Part shown: positions 16,723 through 26,123 of the stretch, piece after piece
How positions within the stretch are numbered: the stretch's first letter is position 1
How the letters are laid out: every line of letters begins with the position of its first letter
Origin: an uncultured Actinomycetes bacterium
GTDB taxonomy: Bacteria; Actinomycetota; Thermoleophilia; UBA2241
Assembly (NCBI GenBank): GCA_963755025.1
Contig: CAVWIH010000022.1
Coordinates: forward strand, 1-26,632
Reading direction: 5' to 3'
Length of the DNA stretch: 26,632 bases
The notes under the pieces: model-generated
Told to the model about the DNA's origin: nothing
The model's database searches: none
Seen by the model: only the letters and a program-made list of their open reading frames with translations
Program-made: the position numbers and the translations under genes

Positions 16723-17554
16723 CGTGACGACGTTGGCGCACCTCAGTGGACAACTCTCGAACCCACGAGAGGAGACAAAATACCTGCTAGATGCGCTGAA
16801 TCGGTCCGTTGATGATGCATAGTAAGCATATCACACACGGCCTGGACGAGCGCTGGGCCGAGGCGACTCCCCCGCTACTACTTGGTGGCCCATCGAGGAT
16901 GGTTACCTGCTGTTCGCCGTCACAGTGTGCCGCGACATCTTGGCCAGGGTGGCTCATCAGGCCACCAGACACCGGCGCGCGGGCACAAGTGGCGACGCGG
17001 CGGCTTAGCCGCCCGACTTCACAGGAGTCTCCAAGCTTTGACCTCCGCCGTGCAAATCCGAAACTGCCGCCTATCGGGCATTGACGAGCGCTAACGCCTG
17101 ACGCCGAAAACTGGCTAGTGTGCAGCTACTATCGACAGGCGGCGCTGCCAAGCGCTAGCGGCCACTAACAGGCGACGACAGTTCCTCGGTGACCAAATGG
17201 TGACCAACGGCCGCCAGCCCTCGGGAACGACAGCAGGATAGTCACAAGGAGCCCGTCGCCGAAACGATGCCGCCGCAGCCAGCTGGATGGCAACTTGCCC
17301 GTGGCCATCCAGCCGAAGGGTGCTACGCAAGCGGCTTAGCGCACGACGACCTTCAAAAGCGAGGTGAAGGCTTCGTAGACGACGCCGCGGTAGCTCAACA
17401 ACGTAGCAGGTGGTTCGCCGGGGGCGCAGGAGGCCGCTAACGAAAGCACCCGACTTGGTCTCGAGCAGCAGGAGCTGAGCAACTGAGAACCAGCCGGAAA
17501 GTCGACCGCGAAGACCGGACACTCCCGGCTCGCACCACCCTTGGGATGCTTAGA

Positions 17555-17586
17555 GGCGGGGCGACTGTCTGTGACGTCGCCCCGCC
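17555..17586. terminator. GC-rich hairpin downstream of the S55 peptidase gene
   Basis: GGCGGGGCGAC / GTCGCCCCGCC perfect 11 bp stem with 10 nt loop, 25 bp past the stop; weak U-tract. Confidence 0.6.
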
Positions 17587-17611
17587 CCCTATTCCTAGGC
17601 CCCGGCTGCCT

Positions 17612-20167
17612 TCAAGGGACCGTTATGGTGACCGTCCGCGAAGCCCCCGCAGCATTCAGGGAGTCGCCACGGAAGAACGCCTTCAGCGAGTACGTGCCAG
17701 CCGGAGCCTTCCAGGTGAAGCGTGCACGCCCGTCGGACAGCCGCACCGCCTTGATGAGCGATGGACCTCCGTGGTGTGGCATCTCGGCGAAGGCGAGCAC
17801 GCCGCTACACTTCGGCGACGTGGCGGCCTTGAAGAGCAGGACGCCCCCGGCCTTCCTGGTCACGCTGAAGGAGATGCGCGGAGAGACGGCGACCGCGGCC
17901 GAGTCACTGGCTGCCAGGTACTGAGCGTCACCTGACCAGACGGCGGTGATCGTGGCGTCGTGCTCGAGCGGCGGCACCAGGCCCTGGAACGTGAGGTCAC
18001 TCGGACCCTCGTCGCCTTCTCCTGCGCCCTGAGCATGCAGCGGTACCGTCGTGACCAGGGTGTCGGCAGCCGTTCCGGCGCGACGCTCGTAGATTGAGAC
18101 GGTGCCAGAGGTGGCATCCGTGTTCTGGAGCTGCCCGACGGACATCACCGGCTGCCCCGCCGTGATGTGGCGCGGCATGACCTGCATCGTGAGGATAGCC
18201 GTGTCTTTCTCCACGCCGCCGGTGAGGAACTCGTGCATGTCGGTGGCCACTGGCCCGATGGCCTGGCCGGACCAGGGCATGTTCGTGCCCTCGTAGTATT
18301 CATCGAGACCACCGTCGCCGGCCTGCGGGTCGTAGGCGACCAGCAGGTCGTTGTTGGGAAGCTGGGCCTCGATCTGCTTGACGACGCCTCCCAGAGTCTG
18401 AGGCGCACCGGTGGGCGACGAGGGCTCATTCTCCACGAACATCCCGGAGCCGCCGAAGTTGTCGAGGTTGAAGTCGGGCGCGATCACGTAGAGGCTGCCG
18501 GCAAGAGACGTCCCCTTGGGGATGGTGAGGGTCACATCCTGGTCGACCGGCGTCGTCGCGCCGTAGGGGTAGAGGCTGACGTGGATCGTGTTGCGGCCGA
18601 CCTTCAGGCTACGGTCCACGGTTGCGTCGGCGATACGCGCGCGCTTGTGTTGCGGGGAGAGCTGTGAGTCCAGCGTGATGCCCGTGATGTGGGCGTTGAT
18701 CGTGCCGTCGGGATCGGTGATGAGCTGTTCGATGACGTTGTAGATGTCAGAGACCGCAAAGAAGGCGGCATCGTAGCCGGTCGTGTCCTCCCACTGGTTG
18801 TCGTAGTTGATCTCGTAGCTGTGCGTGCCGTCGGTCACATCGACGGTGAGCTCGTAGTCGAGGTGGCCGTCGTAGAACTCGTCGCCGGTCGCCTGGAACA
18901 TGGCCGGGTAGAAGGCACTGGCGTTCATCTCGGGGAAGGGATCCTTGTTCTGGTCGATGGCGTAGGGCGTGACGTAAGTGGTCTGCGACACCGTCTGGCC
19001 CGTGGCCTCGTTGGTAGCCGTGGAGATCAGGGGCACCTTGGTGGGGATGGCGCTGTCGCCGACCGTGCCGGCGATGCCGGGCCCCGAGTCGACCGTGATA
19101 GCGCCGCGTATCATGCCGGGCGCGAGCTCCTTGAAGGGATCGTCGAGATTGCTCCACAGACCGATCGTGTCGCAGTTGGTAAGGAAGGCGCCGACCTGGC
19201 CGTCCCAGAGCATCGGGTGACCGAATGCCACCAGGGTGTTGTCGGTCGTGGTGTAGGTCGTGGTGCCCATGGCACCGTAGGAGTAGTCGCCCCAGCCGAA
19301 GAACTCACCGACCGCCGAGCCGGGCACAAGCGGCGTCGCGAAGTCGGGCTCGGTGCCGGCCGACCCCTGGTCATCGAGGCTGCCAGCCAGCTGGATGCCC
19401 TTGGTGGCAAGCATCTTGGTGAGCGTCGTATACAGAGGCGAGGAGGCCGGAAGCCCGGCCACGGTGAGCGTGGTAAGCGGCCGCATGACCACCGTCTGGC
19501 TGCCGACCTTCAGCGCACGGGCAGCGATCTCGGTGGGCGCCACGACGACGCTCCTGACGCTCTTGCCGGCGACGTTCAGTGGACGCTTGAGGGTAACGGC
19601 GGGTGCCGCGGTCAACGGACCGGCGCTGACCTGCGACTCAAGGGTCATCATGTGCTCGATGGGAGTGGCCAGGCCCAGACCACTGTCAGTGAACTCGGAG
19701 CCGTAGGCGACTGCGCCCACGAGCTCCTCGGTGCTTGTGTTGGGCTCCTCGACGTATAGGGGGCTGCCGCTCATGCCTTCAGCGATGCCGTCGATCGAAT
19801 CGATGATCGGATTGCCGGAGGCGTCGAACATGATCTCGCTGCCGCCATCGTCAGCGGCCTCGGCCACGACACCCTCGACGGTGCAGTCGATGGTGGCGAT
19901 ATCGGTGCCCTTGTCGGTGGTCAGGAAGTAGCCGGGCACCGTACCGGTCGGACTTGCGGCAAGCAGGGCTTCCAGCCTCGCGAGGGTCATGATGGGCTGT
20001 TGTGGGGCCGCCTGGGCAGGAGCCGCCGCCGCGACCAGCGCGGCGGCCACAAGTGCCACGAGGACGATCACGAGCAGGACCGCCCGAGATGTCCAGCGAA
20101 CCGCAGCGGTGGTCGGTGGTGCGGCATCGTGACGGCGTGGCCGATGGACTGCTCGCGTAGCGTTCAT
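17612..20167 (-). CDS. Secreted SpoIVB-like (peptidase S55) domain protein with C-terminal beta-rich/Ig-like domains
   Basis: Signal peptide ending AQA; GIAEGMSGSPLY...LVGAVAYG...ATPIEHM; AFGHPM; acidic central region; purine-rich RBS. Confidence 0.8.
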   Translation of the reverse strand: MNATRAVHRPRRHDAAPPTTAAVRWTSRAVLLVIVLVALVAAALVAAAAPAQAAPQQPIMTLARLEALLAASPTGTVPGYFLTTDKGTDIATIDCTVEGVVAEAADDGGSEIMFDASGNPIIDSIDGIAEGMSGSPLYVEEPNTSTEELVGAVAYGSEFTDSGLGLATPIEHMMTLESQVSAGPLTAAPAVTLKRPLNVAGKSVRSVVVAPTEIAARALKVGSQTVVMRPLTTLTVAGLPASSPLYTTLTKMLATKGIQLAGSLDDQGSAGTEPDFATPLVPGSAVGEFFGWGDYSYGAMGTTTYTTTDNTLVAFGHPMLWDGQVGAFLTNCDTIGLWSNLDDPFKELAPGMIRGAITVDSGPGIAGTVGDSAIPTKVPLISTATNEATGQTVSQTTYVTPYAIDQNKDPFPEMNASAFYPAMFQATGDEFYDGHLDYELTVDVTDGTHSYEINYDNQWEDTTGYDAAFFAVSDIYNVIEQLITDPDGTINAHITGITLDSQLSPQHKRARIADATVDRSLKVGRNTIHVSLYPYGATTPVDQDVTLTIPKGTSLAGSLYVIAPDFNLDNFGGSGMFVENEPSSPTGAPQTLGGVVKQIEAQLPNNDLLVAYDPQAGDGGLDEYYEGTNMPWSGQAIGPVATDMHEFLTGGVEKDTAILTMQVMPRHITAGQPVMSVGQLQNTDATSGTVSIYERRAGTAADTLVTTVPLHAQGAGEGDEGPSDLTFQGLVPPLEHDATITAVWSGDAQYLAASDSAAVAVSPRISFSVTRKAGGVLLFKAATSPKCSGVLAFAEMPHHGGPSLIKAVRLSDGRARFTWKAPAGTYSLKAFFRGDSLNAAGASRTVTITVP

Positions 20168-20443
20168 GTACCCCCCTGTCGGTTGCGGCCTTTGCCCGGC
20201 GCCCAGGCTCGGCTCCGTGGGGTGGCCACCCCGTGCCGACGACCCAGCTCACGCAAGGCTATAGTAGTTGCCAGATACGACGGTAGCCAGGGTATGTGAG
20301 AAATCGGTGAGCCCGCCTGTAAACGCAACCTTGGTCCGTGGCGTCGCGTGACCTGGCACCAGCCAGCTCCCGGCAGTACTATCGGGCCTGCGGTGTCTCG
20401 CGCCGCGGCTTGGCCGCATCTTTCGACGTTTGAGGAGGCCCAG

Positions 20444-20959
20444 ATGGAGCTGTTCCACCACGACCAGGCGGCCGAGCACCAGCGCCTCAGCCATCTCCAT
20501 GTAGAAAGTGGCGACGATTGGGTCGGCCTCACGTTCGAGACCCACGACCAACTCCCCCACGAGATCGCCGTCTTTCGAAGCGACTCGGGCTGTGCTGATG
20601 AGTCGCTCGACCCGATCATCGATCCGCGCCAACGGCTCGTCTACCAGGGCACCGACTTGCACAGCAGGATCAAAGACGACGGGCTTACCGATGGCGTGCG
20701 CTACTACTACTCGGTCTTCGTCCGCGGCTCAGACGGTCACTGGCATCAGCAGCTCAAGATGGACGTGACCCTCCACAAAGGCCACCACCGATTCAGTCAC
20801 GAAGAGGACTTCGAGACGCGGGCCACCGAACTTAACCGCTGTGACCTTTGCCGCGGCACGGGCCTGGCGTCCGGCCTCAATCCACTCGGCTGCCCAGCTT
20901 GTCACGGCAAGGGTTGGGTCAGAATCAAGGTACCGGAGATGCCGCTCCAGACGCACTGA
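20444..20959 (+). CDS. Hypothetical protein with Fn3-like segment and C-terminal DnaJ-type Zn finger
   Basis: GAGGAGG RBS before ATG 20444; DDGLTDGVRYYYSVF; CDLCRGTG...CPACHGKG. Confidence 0.7.
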   Translation: MELFHHDQAAEHQRLSHLHVESGDDWVGLTFETHDQLPHEIAVFRSDSGCADESLDPIIDPRQRLVYQGTDLHSRIKDDGLTDGVRYYYSVFVRGSDGHWHQQLKMDVTLHKGHHRFSHEEDFETRATELNRCDLCRGTGLASGLNPLGCPACHGKGWVRIKVPEMPLQTH

Positions 20960-21124
20960 AACCGCATCTACCTGGCAGGAACACTCGCTTTCTTCACTGT
21001 ACGTGCTTTGGCCGGCCTAGGCTGTGTTCACCACGTGCCCCGAACGTTTCGTGGCGTGGACGGCTGGTACGGAACCGACGCCACCCCTTTGGGGTGCACG
21101 CCAGTCACCTGTACCATGACGTCC

Positions 21125-22452
21125 ATGTCACTCCATGAACCGACACCCGCCGACGTCGCCGCAGCACAGCGGGTGCTCGCCTGGTCCTTGACGAGGCTTG
21201 CCGATCGCGAGGCGGTCTTGCCACCAGCAGCGCCCGCGACGCTGCCCGAGCTGAGCGCGCAAGGCATCGGCATCCAGGCCGCCGTCGAGTTACTGCTCGG
21301 CGTCGTGTTGCCCACCGCCGTGCCGCCCGATCACCCTCGCTACCTGGCCTTCATCCCCGGGGCGCCTACGGTCGCCTCAGCGATCGCCGACATGGCCCTC
21401 TCGGCGGCGATGGTCTACGGCGGCAGCCGTCGGAGGCCGGCCTGGCCGCCGATGCCGAGGACGCCGTGATCCGCTGGCTTGCCGACGTGGTGGGGTTTCC
21501 GGACAGCGCCGGGGGCACCTTTGTGAGCGGCGGTTCGATCGCCACGCTGAGCGCCCTGGTAGCCGCCCGCGGGGAACGCTTCGCCACCGCTCGCCGGCAG
21601 GTCATCGTCGCCGGCTCCTCGGCGCACGCCTCGGTTATGGCGGCAGCACGCATCATGGGCTGCGAGTGCGTCACGGCGCCCCCGGCCGATGCCTACGGTC
21701 GCCTCACCCCCGAGACCCTCAGAGTCGCCCTCGACGGCCGCGACCCCGACGACATCGTGGCCGTCGTCGCTACCGCGGGGGCGACCAACAACGGTGCCGT
21801 CGACGACCTCGCCGGCCTGGCTGCCCTGTGCCAGAAGCGTGGCATCTGGCTGCACGTCGACGGCGCCTATGGCGGCGCGGCCCTGCTGGCCCCCCGGGCT
21901 CGCCCGCTGTTTGCCGGCATCGAGCGGGCCGACTCCTTCATCGTCGATCCGCACAAGTGGCTGTATGCGCCGTTTGACTGTGCCGCTGTGCTCTACCGCG
22001 ACGCCGCAGTGGCGCGGCCGGCGCACACCCAGGAGGCCGACTACCTCGACTGGCTCTCCGGTACGGCCGGCGACAACCCCTCGGACCTTGCCATCCACCT
22101 CACGCGCCGCATTCGCGGCGTGCCACTGTGGGTCTCGCTGCAGGCCTACGGCTGGGGCGCCTACGCTGAGGCCGTCGAGTGCTGCTTTGCGATCGCCGCC
22201 TACGCCGCCGAGCAGGTCGCCCTGCACCCGCGGCTTGAGCTCGTGCTCGAGCCGGCTCTCACTGTGCTGCTCGTGCGTCGTTGCGGCTGGAATGCAGCCG
22301 ACTACGACTCCTGGTCGGCACAGGCCCTGCAACGGGGCCTGGCCTTCGCGGTTCCCACCAGGCACGACGGCGAGGCCGTGCTGCGCTTGTGTTTCATCAA
22401 CCCGCTGACGAGCCGCGACGACGTCGACCTTGTGCTCGACGATCTGGGCTGA
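21125..22452 (+). pseudogene. Group II PLP-dependent decarboxylase with one -1 frameshift (~21428-21433; possibly an error)
   Basis: DHPRYLAFIP in the first frame; GGTFVSGGS, ATAGATNNGAVDD, WLHVDGAYGG, DPHKWL and LRLCFINP in the second. Adding one base gives a continuous 442 aa protein. Confidence 0.85.
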
Positions 22453-22466
22453 CGGGTCCGCCCAAG

Positions 22467-22490
22467 AGGCCGCTGCACGACAGGCGGCCT
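22467..22490. terminator. Hairpin between convergent decarboxylase and integrase genes
   Basis: AGGCCGC / GCGGCCT stem, extendable by CTG/CAG with a bulge. Confidence 0.4.
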
Positions 22491-22519
22491 GCAAGATCGG
22501 TGTGCGACGCCATCGTCAG

Positions 22520-23755
22520 CTACTTCGCAGCGGACACCAGCCCCGCGATCAGCGCCGCCGCCTCCTCCTGCATTGCCGGGATGGCGTGTGAGTAGGTGTC
22601 CAGCGTGATCGCGACGGTGGCGTGGCCGAGACGCTCGCTGACGACTTTAGGATGAATGCCGGCCTGCAGTGCCAATGTGGCGTGGGTGTGCCGTAGGTCG
22701 TGGAGACGGATGTCCGGCAGCATCGCCCCCTTCAGGGCCGCCCGGAAGCACCGGCTGACGAGCCAGGGATGCAGCGCCCGGCCGGCTCCGTCCGTGAAGA
22801 CCAGCCCCGTGTCGTCCCAGTTCTCGGTCGCGGACTGCTCGTCGAGCTGGCGCGCGGCCTGAGCCTTGAGCACTTCGACGGTCTGCGGGTCCAGGGCGAC
22901 TACACGCCGTCCGTGGGCTGTCTTGGGCTCGTGGATTGCGACCCGACTGCCTTCGGGGATGAGGGAGCGCCGCACGGACAGCCGTCCCGCCTCGAGGTCA
23001 ACGTCCTGCCAGCGCAGCCCCAGCGCCTCGCCGCGGCGCAGGCCGGTCATCGCCAGGGTGTGCCAGAGCGCGTAGAGGCGATCGTCTCGTCTCGAGCTCA
23101 GGAACGCGCCAAATTGCTCGGCACTCCAGGTGCGCAGCTCGTGACCGTGCGCCGTCACACGCGGTGGGTCGGCAAGGTCGGCCGGGTTGCGAACCAGCCG
23201 CCCCCAGCGCACGGCGTCGTTGAGCGCACGATGAAGGACCGCGTGCACGTGGCGAACAGACAAGGCCGTGAGACCCTTGCCGTTGCGCTTGCCGACGAGG
23301 GTCAGCTTGGCATACAGGGCGTTGATCTGCGCCGGGGCGAGCTTCTGCAGTTGCACCGAGCCCAGCGCCGGCAGGATGTGGCATTCGACGTGAGCCACAT
23401 AGGAGCGATAGGTGGTCGGGCGGATCGTGTGCTCGATCGCGGGCAGCCACTCCTTGGTCAGGTAGTCGCGCACGGTCAGGTGCGAGCTTGCGACGTGCGT
23501 CTGCTCCTCGACTGCGACCGCGACCTTGCTCATCGCCGCCTGGGCGTCGCGGCGGGTGACGAAACCCCCTTTGGTCTCGCGGCGGCGCTCGTCTGCAAGC
23601 ACGAGCTCGCCACCGCAGCCGGGACAGTTCTCTCTGGGGCGCCGCTCGACCCAAGTCCTTCTGCCGCAGCTCTGGCAGCGTTGCGCGGACGCGCGGCCGA
23701 CATCGATGGTGTACTCCCACGACCCTGCGTCGCGCTTGCGGATGTGACCCTGCAT
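22520..23755 (-). CDS. Tyrosine recombinase/integrase (phage/ICE type), apparently intact
   Basis: GGAGGAG RBS before ATG 23755; catalytic set TGLRRGE, EPKT, HDLRHTHA, RLGH, DTYSH; SAM-like core-binding region; CxxC...CxxC insert near the N-terminus. Confidence 0.93.
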   Translation of the reverse strand: MQGHIRKRDAGSWEYTIDVGRASAQRCQSCGRRTWVERRPRENCPGCGGELVLADERRRETKGGFVTRRDAQAAMSKVAVAVEEQTHVASSHLTVRDYLTKEWLPAIEHTIRPTTYRSYVAHVECHILPALGSVQLQKLAPAQINALYAKLTLVGKRNGKGLTALSVRHVHAVLHRALNDAVRWGRLVRNPADLADPPRVTAHGHELRTWSAEQFGAFLSSRRDDRLYALWHTLAMTGLRRGEALGLRWQDVDLEAGRLSVRRSLIPEGSRVAIHEPKTAHGRRVVALDPQTVEVLKAQAARQLDEQSATENWDDTGLVFTDGAGRALHPWLVSRCFRAALKGAMLPDIRLHDLRHTHATLALQAGIHPKVVSERLGHATVAITLDTYSHAIPAMQEEAAALIAGLVSAAK

Positions 23756-23938
23756 GACGTCTCCTCCGGTCGCTCTGTGCAGCCGCTGACACATCACTCT
23801 GTGGGCGGCGACAGGCAAGCCGACAATCGTTCAGAAGTCGCAGACCGCAGGTCGCTTCGGCTAGGATTTCAGACATCGGTGACGACGGGGCGACCGAAAG
23901 GGGTCCAGCGTGGACGAGCGTAACCGGGGACGAGGTCG

Positions 23939-24811
23939 ATGAGCGTCCTGTCAGACAGAATCCGCGCCTACAGACCCGCCGACATTCAGCCGCTCGTTCG
24001 CCTGATCGGTCAGGCTTTCGGCGGCGAGACGGCTGAGAGCGTGCGGTTTGCCGTCTCCGCCCGCAACACCAGCACCTTCGTCGCGCAGTGGGGCAGCGAG
24101 GTAGTCGGCGTGGCGATGGCGATCTCGTTCGGTCGCACGGCCTGGATCGGCAACGTGGTGGTTGCCCCCGACTTCGGGCGCCGCGGCCTGGGCTCAGCCT
24201 TAACCGAGGCCGCCTGCGAAGAGGCTCGCCGCCACGCCGATAGCGTGCTCCTCCTGGCGCTGGGCGACGCTGCCCGCCTCTACGAGAGGCTCGGCTTCGT
24301 GGCCGACGGCCTTTACGGGACTTGGACGGCGACGGCCTCGACGCCGGGCATCGTAAGCGCAGACCAGCGCGGAGATGCCGGCCTCAGCCTGCTCGACGCC
24401 GCGACACGGCCCGACACAACCGAGCAGTGCCTGGCGCTCGACCGCCGCGCAACAGGCGAGGACCGTCGTGCCTACCTGGAGCTCTTCGTCCCCTCTATGA
24501 TCGCCGCCTGCCGGCAGGGAGCCACAGACGACGTCGGCGCAGTCGCGGGCTACAGCACTCGCCTCGCCTCGGGCAGAGGCGCCGTCATCGCCGAGGCGCC
24601 CGAGGTGGCGCGTCGCTTGCTTTGCGACCTGCTGCAGAAGGCGCCCGCAACGCGGATCGAGTTCCCCGACGCCAACGCAGCCGGCGTGTCGCTCGCCACC
24701 GAACTGGGTCTCAGGCGCTTCAAGGAGAATCTGCGCATGCGACTCGGACCGCCCGTCGGTGGGTATCAGCCGCAGGCCATCTACAAAGCGCTGACCCCAG
24801 CGGTGGGTTAG
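23939..24811 (+). CDS. GNAT-family N-acetyltransferase (tandem GNAT, YitH-like)
   Basis: WIGNVVVAPDFGRRGLGSAL, LYERLGF, LDRRATGEDR, PDANAAG..L..ELG..RMRLG. Confidence 0.88.
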   Translation: MSVLSDRIRAYRPADIQPLVRLIGQAFGGETAESVRFAVSARNTSTFVAQWGSEVVGVAMAISFGRTAWIGNVVVAPDFGRRGLGSALTEAACEEARRHADSVLLLALGDAARLYERLGFVADGLYGTWTATASTPGIVSADQRGDAGLSLLDAATRPDTTEQCLALDRRATGEDRRAYLELFVPSMIAACRQGATDDVGAVAGYSTRLASGRGAVIAEAPEVARRLLCDLLQKAPATRIEFPDANAAGVSLATELGLRRFKENLRMRLGPPVGGYQPQAIYKALTPAVG

Positions 24812-25131
24812 AAAGGCCGCCGCGCGCGAGAGCGGACGACGAGTCGGGGGATTGCGTTCTGATCGCGCGCTCGCCTGTGGTGGTTACGAGTAACCGGCGG
24901 TGCAACGGCGGCCAGTAGCGAGCGAGCCTGCGAGGTCGCGGTCGCCGCTGCGCTCAGACTCTTCCCTTTGCGGTACCCAGCCGTGCCTCGGGGCGGCACG
25001 GCGCCGCCGACTGGGCGCACACGGGCGTCTTGGCCGGCGGCATCCTGGCGACGGCCCCCATCAGATGCGGGACAATTCCGGCCCGCACATGTTAGGCAGT
25101 GAGGCGCGGGCACGCGCCGCGAGGCAGGCCG

Positions 25132-25275
25132 CTAATCAACCACCGCACAGAGCTTCTGCGAGTCGCGAACGCTGCGCAGCTTGGCGAGCGTCTTGGCTTC
25201 GATCTGCCGGACACGCTCGCGCGAGATGCCGAACTCCTGGCCGATCTCCGCGAGCGTCCGCGCGTCTCCGTCTGT
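25132..25275 (-). pseudogene. Remnant of a group 1/2 sigma-70 factor (region 4 only)
   Basis: [33 protein letters not shown] closely matches RpoD region 4.2; upstream sequence shows no sigma similarity. Confidence 0.8.
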
Positions 25276-25651
25276 GGCCGTTCGTCTGTCTTTGGCCTGT
25301 CGCTTCGAGCACTCACGGCTTCGCAAATACCCACTTGGGACGGGGGCAACCCAAGGACGACCTGAGCATCTGGCGTTCCAGCGCTGCAGCGTAGCTCGCT
25401 CCTGCGCCGGCTTGAGCGATTGCACTCTTCAGTACGGCTCCACGCGCAGGCCGCCTCATCAGCCCAGACTGGCTCTTGTCAGGCGTGATATTGTGTCCTC
25501 ACAAGCGCATTTCTTTGCGCCCTTTCCGGCAGCCGACCGGCTCGCCCCGACGAAACAGCAGTCGCACTGCAAGGCCACGCCATCGACCAAGTGACGGCAC
25601 TTCTCTCTTCGGCACCCCGAGTGCTGTCGCGAACGGCAAGGAGGTCCCATT

Positions 25652-26002
25652 GTGACCGGCCATCTCCCATTTCGCGTCGAGATCCTCAGACTCAGTGAGA
25701 CCCTGGCCGTCCTGGCCGTGGAGGGCGAGGTCGATGTCCATGCCGATCCCCATTTCAGGGATCTCCTCTTCAAGGTGATCGCCGAGGGGCCGCGCGCTCT
25801 CATCGTCGATCTGACGAACGCTACGACTCTGGACTGCACGGGGCTGGGCGTCCTGGTGAGCGCCGCCAGGCGCGCCGGGACGATGTCACTCGCCATCGTC
25901 TGTTCAGATCAGGCGTTAACCAACATCTTCGCCCTGGTGGGAGTGGATCGCATCTTCCGGGTGTTCGACTCGCGGGCGGCGGCGCTGGAAGCGGCTGGCT
26001 GA
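25652..26002 (+). CDS. STAS-domain anti-sigma factor antagonist
   Basis: AAGGAGG RBS; VEGEVDV..., LIVDL....LDCTGLGVLV, IF.LVGVDRIF.VFDSRAAAL. Confidence 0.88.
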   Translation: MTGHLPFRVEILRLSETLAVLAVEGEVDVHADPHFRDLLFKVIAEGPRALIVDLTNATTLDCTGLGVLVSAARRAGTMSLAIVCSDQALTNIFALVGVDRIFRVFDSRAAALEAAG

Positions 26003-26123
26003 ACCATAAGGCCACGCAGCACTGTTTACCGCACTCTGACTTCTGATGACGTCCGCAGAAGAAACCTGCTGCACGTTGCGCCCGTCGCCGACGACCGACC
26101 GACGTCCGAACGCCTCGCCCGCG

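Noticed and set aside
16735-16765. tRNA 3' end on the minus strand (GGGTTCGA...GCGCCA)
   Set aside because: T-loop to CCA spacing is about 5 nt too long and there is no T-stem pairing. It could be a recombinase-associated scar, but I cannot support that.
17384-17430. tRNA gene starting GCCGCGGTAGCTCAA
   Set aside because: No D-loop GG, no anticodon stem and no acceptor complement.
16809-17522. Small ORFs in the 16723-17611 gap
   Set aside because: No RBS, atypical codon usage and no recognisable motifs.
25091-25097. Integron attC (GTTAGGC) and an integron-like cassette array
   Set aside because: No matching partner box at attC distance, no repeated element between cargo genes, and the integrase lacks IntI-like features.
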